DNA from: a virus
Direction: 5' to 3' (one strand)
IMG/VR virus record: IMGVR_UViG_3300046332_000238
Span: 40,720 to 104,719 of that record
Length of the DNA: 64,000 nt
Part shown: piece by piece, positions 57,878 to 64,000 of the stretch
Layout of the letters: every line of letters starts with the position of its first letter
Numbering within the stretch: the stretch's first letter is position 1
Translations under genes and position numbers: made by a program
Notes under the pieces: model-generated
What the model was told of the DNA's origin: nothing
What the model saw: only the letters and a program-made list of their open reading frames with translations
The model's database searches: none

Positions 57878-60800
57878 ATGGCCAACACCGTTACAAATAT
57901 AAGTTATGCTAATACATTTGGTGAATGGGTAGTTGCTACCGATGCATTAATTGCGGAAAACAATGCATTAGCAGCAGCTGATTACACAAAATCATCAGGT
58001 ACTCTATACCTAAATGAAACTACACAGAACTCATTGCAGGCGAACGGCAATATCATTGTTCAAAAACAATTGTTGGTTCAAGGTTCAGGTTCATCTGCCA
58101 CAATACAGAACAACTTAGGCGTCGGTGGTCAATTAAATTTGACCAATGCATCCATTGGTCTTGTTGTTACAAGTCAAGCAAACATTGGTGGTCTATTGAA
58201 TGTGCAAGGTTCAGGAATTGGACTTTCTGTTGCAAACAATGCATATATTGGGAATAATTTAACTGTACGTTATGATATAATTTCAAATACTGTACAGTCA
58301 AATACTTCAGTAAATACTGAATCACTTAGTGTTACAGGTACAAGTTATTCGGATGTTGTTAAAGGCAACACATCAATTAATACACCAACACTCAGTGTTT
58401 CTGGTACAAGTTTTGCAGATGTTATTCAAGCAAATACATCAGCTAACACCAGAACATTAAGTGTTACTGGTATTGGTTTTGTTAATGTATTACAAGCAAA
58501 TTCTTCTGTAAATACCCAAACTTCTAGTGTAACACAAACTGGTTTTGTTAATGTATTACAAGCAAATACATCCACAAATACTCAAACTTCTAGTGTAACA
58601 CAAACCAGTTTTGTTAATATATCACAAGCAAATTCTTCTGTAAATACTAGAACATTAAGTGTTACAAATACAGGGTATGTGGATAAACTACAAGCCAATA
58701 CTAGTGTATTGACTGGAACAATACAAGCAAATACATCCACAAATACTCAAACTTCTAGTGTAACACAAACCAGTTTTGTTAAAGTATTACAAGCAAATAC
58801 ATCAATTAACACAGAAACACTAAGTGTTACAGGCACAAGTTTTGCAGATAAAATACAAGCTAATACTTCAATTGATGCACCACTACTTAGTGTTAGTGGT
58901 ACAGGATTTGTTAATGTATTACAAGCAAACGTATCCACAAATACACAAACTTCTAGTGTAACACAAACCAGTTTTGTTAAAGTATTACAAGCAAATACAT
59001 CAATTAACACAACAAATATTTTTGCAACAACAAATTCTGTAAGTAATGCTGTTATTGCAAATAATTATATTACCGCACCCGATGCATATGTAACAAATGT
59101 TGCAGTAACTGGACTGTATGGTAGTGCAACCGCATTAGGTTCTGCTTATGGAATGACTGTTGGTGCAGGTGGTTTAAGTGTTACAGGCAATTTTACAATC
59201 AATGGTACAATTGTTTATAATACAACAACTTTGACATTGAGTGCAACAACACCGAATCAGGTGTCAGCATTCCAGGTATTCAGAACAGCAAATGGTTTTC
59301 CTAATGGTACTGAAGCAAATGCAGCAATTCGTTGGAATGAATCTAATGGATATTGGGACATTCGTGATGTAAATAACCTTTCCAGTTACTCAAAAATTTT
59401 AACTGCGAACTTAATTAGTGATTCTGTCATATCAACAAGTGCAGACACTGTTGCAAGTTCAAATGCTGTCAACTCGTTATTAGGTTCGGTGATTGCAGCT
59501 AATGCGGCGTTCCTAAAAGCAAACAGTGCATATGAGTCACAGAACACTACTGGTTCTTATGCCAATAATTCATTCCTAAAAGCAAACAGTGCTTATGGTT
59601 CACAGAATACCACCGGAATCTATGCAAATTCATCATTCTTAAAAGCAAATGCAGCATATACTAGAGCAAATAACTCTATTAATGCAAACGTTGGTGGTGT
59701 AATTACTGCAACTACCGCAGCATTGTCAAATATTACAGGTGCATTAGTCGTATCTGGTGGTGTTGGTATTTCTGGAAATGTGTACACAGGCAGTCTTGTT
59801 ATTACAGGAACAACAAGTAATGGCATCACATTTTCTGATGGTTCAACACAATTAACATCAAGTGCAGGTGCAGGTTTATATGCTAATGGTGCTTTTATAC
59901 AAGCAAACACAGCAACTACCAATGCATCAATAGCAGATTCCAAAGCAGTTACTGCTGGTTCTTATGCCAACTCAGCATACACTCAAGCAAATACTGCCAC
60001 AACCAATGCAGCAACAGCAGATTCTAAAGCAGTAACAGCAGGTTCTTATGCAAACTCAGCATACACTCAAGCAAATACTGCCACAACCAATGCATCAATA
60101 TCAGATGGTAAAGCAGTAACAGCAGGGTCTTATGCCAATAGTGCTTTTGGTGTTGCTAACTCAGCAAGTCTATACGCTAACGGCGCATTCTTAAAAGCAA
60201 ATACAGCAACTACCAATGCTGCTGGCGCATCTTTATATGCTAATGGATCATTTATACAAGCAAACGCAGCATATGATCGTGCGAATACATCAGCAAACAT
60301 ATTTGTTGGCACAACAGGATCAGTTTCACAATTAAGTGGTGTAATTTCTTATTCGAGCAATAACGGATTAACAATTGTTGCAACAACAGCAAACAATCTT
60401 GCAATCAGTACATCTCAAGATTTAAGAACATCTGCATCTCCAACCTTCAGTGCATTAACAATAACTAACTTTGCAACATCAACAACTCCAACAACCAATA
60501 CCAGCAACACACAAATTGCAACAACTGCGTTTGTAAATGCAACAATGAATACTGGTATAACATATGCACATAGTATTTCTGGTACTGCGGCAATCGCAAA
60601 TTCGTTGGTAACTTCGACCAATTATCAAGTCAAAACAATTGGTGTTGGTACTGCTCCTGATTCTGCAAATACAGGTTCCATTCGTGCTACAGGTGATATC
60701 ACTGCATATTACTCAGATGATAGATTGAAAACTAGATTCAATAACATACCAAATGCAGTACAAAAAGTACAGTCTTTGAATGGATTCTATTATCAAGCAA

Positions 60801-61009
60801 ATCAGATCGCAATGGATTTAGGTTATAAATCAATAATGGAAGTTGGTGTATCGGCACAAGAAGTACAAAGAGTATTACCGGAAATTATTGCAGCAGCTCC
60901 AATCGATAATCAATACCTGACAGTTAAATATGATAAACTTGTGCCGTTACTTATCGAAGCAATTAAAGAATTGAAACAAGAAATAGATACTTTAAAAGGA
61001 ATCAAATAA
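57878..61009 (+). CDS. tail fibre with C-terminal intramolecular chaperone (peptidase S74)
   Basis: QANTS and ANxAF repeats; SDDRLK, GV.AQEV..VLPE, V.Y.KLVPLLIEAIKEL. Confidence 0.85.
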   Translation: MANTVTNISYANTFGEWVVATDALIAENNALAAADYTKSSGTLYLNETTQNSLQANGNIIVQKQLLVQGSGSSATIQNNLGVGGQLNLTNASIGLVVTSQANIGGLLNVQGSGIGLSVANNAYIGNNLTVRYDIISNTVQSNTSVNTESLSVTGTSYSDVVKGNTSINTPTLSVSGTSFADVIQANTSANTRTLSVTGIGFVNVLQANSSVNTQTSSVTQTGFVNVLQANTSTNTQTSSVTQTSFVNISQANSSVNTRTLSVTNTGYVDKLQANTSVLTGTIQANTSTNTQTSSVTQTSFVKVLQANTSINTETLSVTGTSFADKIQANTSIDAPLLSVSGTGFVNVLQANVSTNTQTSSVTQTSFVKVLQANTSINTTNIFATTNSVSNAVIANNYITAPDAYVTNVAVTGLYGSATALGSAYGMTVGAGGLSVTGNFTINGTIVYNTTTLTLSATTPNQVSAFQVFRTANGFPNGTEANAAIRWNESNGYWDIRDVNNLSSYSKILTANLISDSVISTSADTVASSNAVNSLLGSVIAANAAFLKANSAYESQNTTGSYANNSFLKANSAYGSQNTTGIYANSSFLKANAAYTRANNSINANVGGVITATTAALSNITGALVVSGGVGISGNVYTGSLVITGTTSNGITFSDGSTQLTSSAGAGLYANGAFIQANTATTNASIADSKAVTAGSYANSAYTQANTATTNAATADSKAVTAGSYANSAYTQANTATTNASISDGKAVTAGSYANSAFGVANSASLYANGAFLKANTATTNAAGASLYANGSFIQANAAYDRANTSANIFVGTTGSVSQLSGVISYSSNNGLTIVATTANNLAISTSQDLRTSASPTFSALTITNFATSTTPTTNTSNTQIATTAFVNATMNTGITYAHSISGTAAIANSLVTSTNYQVKTIGVGTAPDSANTGSIRATGDITAYYSDDRLKTRFNNIPNAVQKVQSLNGFYYQANQIAMDLGYKSIMEVGVSAQEVQRVLPEIIAAAPIDNQYLTVKYDKLVPLLIEAIKELKQEIDTLKGIK

Positions 61010-61039
61010 TGTTATTCTGATTTAATTAGTAAAAATACC

Positions 61040-61078
61040 AAAAACCTTCTCAACTAAATAGACTGAGAAGGTTTTTTT
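61040..61078 (+). terminator. terminator hairpin with a late-promoter motif in its loop
   Basis: AAAAACCTTCTCA / TGAGAAGGTTTTT around CTAAATA (61054-61060). Confidence 0.7.
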
Positions 61079-61092
61079 ATATAGAGGACACC

Positions 61093-61434
61093 ATGGCCGC
61101 AGGTTATCAAGAGCTCTTCCTTGAACAAGGAACAGATTTCAATACATCAATCACACTAGATGATGCTGATGGTGTACCTTACGATTTGACAGACTTTGTT
61201 GCAAAAAGTCAGATGCGTAAATCATATTATTCCAATTCAACCACCGCACAGTTTGTCATTTCAATTAATGATCCAAGTAATGGTGTTATTTTAATGACGT
61301 TGCCATCAGCAAATACTGCAAATATTGCGGCCGGTAGATATGTGTATGATGTGGTTATTAAGAATTCTTCAAATAATATTACGAGAGTATTAGAAGGTAT
61401 TGTAAACGTTCTACCTCGTGTTACAGTGTTTTAA
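61093..61434 (+). CDS. virion structural adaptor protein
   Basis: QG.DF, QMRKSY, GRYVYDV, R.LEG...V.P.VT. Confidence 0.75.
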   Translation: MAAGYQELFLEQGTDFNTSITLDDADGVPYDLTDFVAKSQMRKSYYSNSTTAQFVISINDPSNGVILMTLPSANTANIAAGRYVYDVVIKNSSNNITRVLEGIVNVLPRVTVF

Positions 61435-61443
61435 AGGAAAACA

Positions 61444-64000
61444 ATGCCTAATGTAACAGTTACTCCACCATCAAACATAAAAGTAGAAGTTGGTAATCAA
61501 GAAGGTGGTACAGTACAATCATTAAGTTATGGCAACAGAACACTCAAAAGTGCTTCTGATTTAATTATTGGTGACGCGCAAACTGGTTATGTTATCACCT
61601 ACGATTCCGCAAATAATAATTTTGCGGTTTTACCCACTGGTGGCGTAGACACATCAAAAATTCAGTCATCATATAACCATGCCAACTCTGCATTTGATGG
61701 AGCCAATGCGGCATTTATTGTTGCAAATACAGTATCAATTGCATATTCACAAGCAAACAATTCTTTTGCAAAAGCAAATGCAGCATTTCGTGCAGCAAAC
61801 TCAGCTGGTGTTTATGCAAACTCCGCTTTTGATTCTTCAAATACTGCAATCATATTGGCACAAGGTGCATATGATGCAGCAAATAATGTTGCACCACAAA
61901 TAGAACCAGCATTTAATAAAGCAAACTCAGCATATACTCAAGCGAATACTGCCACCAATAATGCTGCTGGTGCATCTTTGTATGCCAATGGTGCATTTAT
62001 ACAAGCGAATACTGCCACCAATAATGCTGCTGGTGCAAGTCTATATGCTAATGGTGCATTTATACAAGCGAATACTGCCACCAATAATGCTGCTGGTGCA
62101 AGTCTATATGCTAATGGTGCATTTATACAAGCAAACAGTGCATATTCAGCACAAAACACCACTGGTTCTTATGCTAATTCAGCATATACTCAAGCGAACA
62201 CAGCAATTACTAATGCTGCTGGCGCAAGTCTATATGCTAATGCAGCGTTCTTAGAAGCAAATGCAGCCTATGCTTTAGCAAATAATGTTGCACCACAAAT
62301 AGAACCAGCATTTTTAAAAGCAAACAGTGCATATTCAGCACAAAACACCACTGGTTCTTATGCGAACTCTGCGTATGTACAGGCAAACACTGCTATTAAT
62401 AATGCTGCTAGTGCTTCACTGTATGCTAATGCATCGTTCTTAGAAGCAAACACCGCTATAACCAACGCATCTATTGCTGATGGTAAAGCAGTTGCAGCAG
62501 TATCTTATGCAAACTCAGCAAGTCTATATGCTAATGCAGCGTTCTTAGAAGCAAATAGTGCATATGCAAAAGCAAACTTAGCATTCAATAATGCTGCTGG
62601 TGCAAGTCTATATGCCAATGGTGCTTTCGAAAAAGCAAATACCACACTACCATTAACAGGTGGCACAATAAGTGGTAATGTTATTATTCAAGGTAGTTTA
62701 GATGTTGCAGGGAATATCAATTTTACTGGAAACGTAAACTCAATTACTGTAACAGGCAACAGTGGACAATTCTTCGGCAACGTACCTACAGGATTTGGTG
62801 CTTTGTATGCAGGCATATCTACAGGATTTACTGCCTTAGATCAAACAGTATTTCAGATATCCAGTGATTACAACGGTTTCTCGCAACTTAATATGCAAAA
62901 TATTAATTCGGGCAACCAATCATCTGCGGATTATATTGTAACTGCTGATAATGGCACACAGAATGACACATATGTGGACTTAGGTATTGCAAGTAGCACA
63001 TATAATTATCCAGGTTTTGGACTAATTCACCGTAATGATGGTTACCTAATATCATATGGCAATACAGACACTGGCGGTGGCAATCTAATTGTTGCAACGG
63101 GTGCAACCAATGATATTATATTTGCTGTTGGTGGTGTGGATCATGTAAATGAAGTGATGCGTGTTAATGCACTTGGTAATAATGTATCAATTATTACCAA
63201 CGTTAATTCCACAAGCAATAATACTGGTTCATTAACAATTAACGGTGGAGTAGGTATTGCAGGTAATGTAGTTGTTGATGCAGTGTATAGTAATAATTTT
63301 TATTATGCAAATGGTATTTCTATAATTAATGATGCGACATTTAACAAAGCAAACAGTGCATATGAGTCACAGAACACTACTGGTTCTTATGCTAATTCAG
63401 CATTTGGTGTTGCAAACTCATCAAGTCTATATGCGAATGGTGCTTTTATACAAGCGAATGCTGCATATGCTTTAGCAAACACAATTGCTGGTGGTAGTAC
63501 GGATATATTTGCACGACAGCACGCTAATGATGCTTACACCCAAGCGAATACTGCAACTACTAATGCATCTGTTGCAGATGGTAAAGCAGTTACTGCCGGT
63601 TCTTATGCAAATTCAGCATTTGGTGTTGCTAACACCGCTGTAACCAATGCTACTGGTGCTTCATTGTATGCGAATGGTGCTTTTATACAAGCGAATGCTG
63701 CATTTGCTTTAGCAAACACAATTGCTGGTGGTAGTACGGATATATTTGCACGACAGCACGCTAATGACGCTTTTACACAAGCAAACTCAGCATACACCCA
63801 AGCGAATACTGCAACTACTAATGCATCTGTTGCAGATGGTAAAGCAGTTACTGCCGGTTCTTATGCAAATTCAGCATACACCCAAGCAAACACCGCAACT
63901 ACCAATGCATCTGTTGCTGATTCTAAAGCAGTAACAGCAGGTTCTTATGCTAACTCATCATACACCCAAGCAAACACAGCTACTACCAATGCAGCAACAG
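61444..64000 (+). CDS. tail fibre-like protein, truncated by the window end (not in track)
   Basis: AAGGA RBS, ATG 61444; Ala/Asn-rich repeats, apparently open to the end. Confidence 0.8.
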   Translation, partial: MPNVTVTPPSNIKVEVGNQEGGTVQSLSYGNRTLKSASDLIIGDAQTGYVITYDSANNNFAVLPTGGVDTSKIQSSYNHANSAFDGANAAFIVANTVSIAYSQANNSFAKANAAFRAANSAGVYANSAFDSSNTAIILAQGAYDAANNVAPQIEPAFNKANSAYTQANTATNNAAGASLYANGAFIQANTATNNAAGASLYANGAFIQANTATNNAAGASLYANGAFIQANSAYSAQNTTGSYANSAYTQANTAITNAAGASLYANAAFLEANAAYALANNVAPQIEPAFLKANSAYSAQNTTGSYANSAYVQANTAINNAASASLYANASFLEANTAITNASIADGKAVAAVSYANSASLYANAAFLEANSAYAKANLAFNNAAGASLYANGAFEKANTTLPLTGGTISGNVIIQGSLDVAGNINFTGNVNSITVTGNSGQFFGNVPTGFGALYAGISTGFTALDQTVFQISSDYNGFSQLNMQNINSGNQSSADYIVTADNGTQNDTYVDLGIASSTYNYPGFGLIHRNDGYLISYGNTDTGGGNLIVATGATNDIIFAVGGVDHVNEVMRVNALGNNVSIITNVNSTSNNTGSLTINGGVGIAGNVVVDAVYSNNFYYANGISIINDATFNKANSAYESQNTTGSYANSAFGVANSSSLYANGAFIQANAAYALANTIAGGSTDIFARQHANDAYTQANTATTNASVADGKAVTAGSYANSAFGVANTAVTNATGASLYANGAFIQANAAFALANTIAGGSTDIFARQHANDAFTQANSAYTQANTATTNASVADGKAVTAGSYANSAYTQANTATTNASVADSKAVTAGSYANSSYTQANTATTNAAT
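61939..62132 (+). repeat. three 63-bp tandem repeats (QANTATNNAAGASLYANGAFI)
   Basis: units start at 61939, 62002, 62065. Confidence 0.85.

Overview
A 64-kb, AT-rich segment of a large T4-like myophage genome in standard genetic code. The host is probably a freshwater proteobacterium; the pqqA peptide looks betaproteobacterial (inference). 1-24.6 kb is a plus-strand early/accessory region: many small ORFs, rIIA, rIIB, a MoxR-type ATPase, a metallophosphoesterase, rubrerythrin plus rubredoxin, an epimerase, a DenV-like protein, a porin-like protein, phoH, a beta-propeller protein and a PD-(D/E)XK exonuclease. 24.6-28.8 kb holds a circularly permuted (two-piece) tmRNA, a pqqA peptide missing from the ORF track, a SleB-like hydrolase, gp33, gp59 and gp32. 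28.9-64 kb is the tail/baseplate module (tape-measure-like pair, gp51/gp26, gp54, gp2, gp4, gp48, gp53, hub, split gp5, gp25, gp6, gp7, gp8, a large structural protein and fibres). The strongest hidden signals are: (1) a candidate programmed ribosomal stop-hop (CTG-TAG-CTG, preceded by an 11-bp hairpin) that would restore the DxH motif of the metallophosphoesterase; (2) a structured leader with compensatory base changes, present three times in front of antisense-oriented GIY-YIG genes, combining a late promoter and, in two copies, an oppositely oriented sigma70 promoter; (3) a candidate -1 frameshift fusing gp26 to gp51; (4) a phage pqqA next to a two-piece tmRNA whose intervening segment contains a sequestered hydrophobic ORF. 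All family assignments are by motif recognition, not database search.
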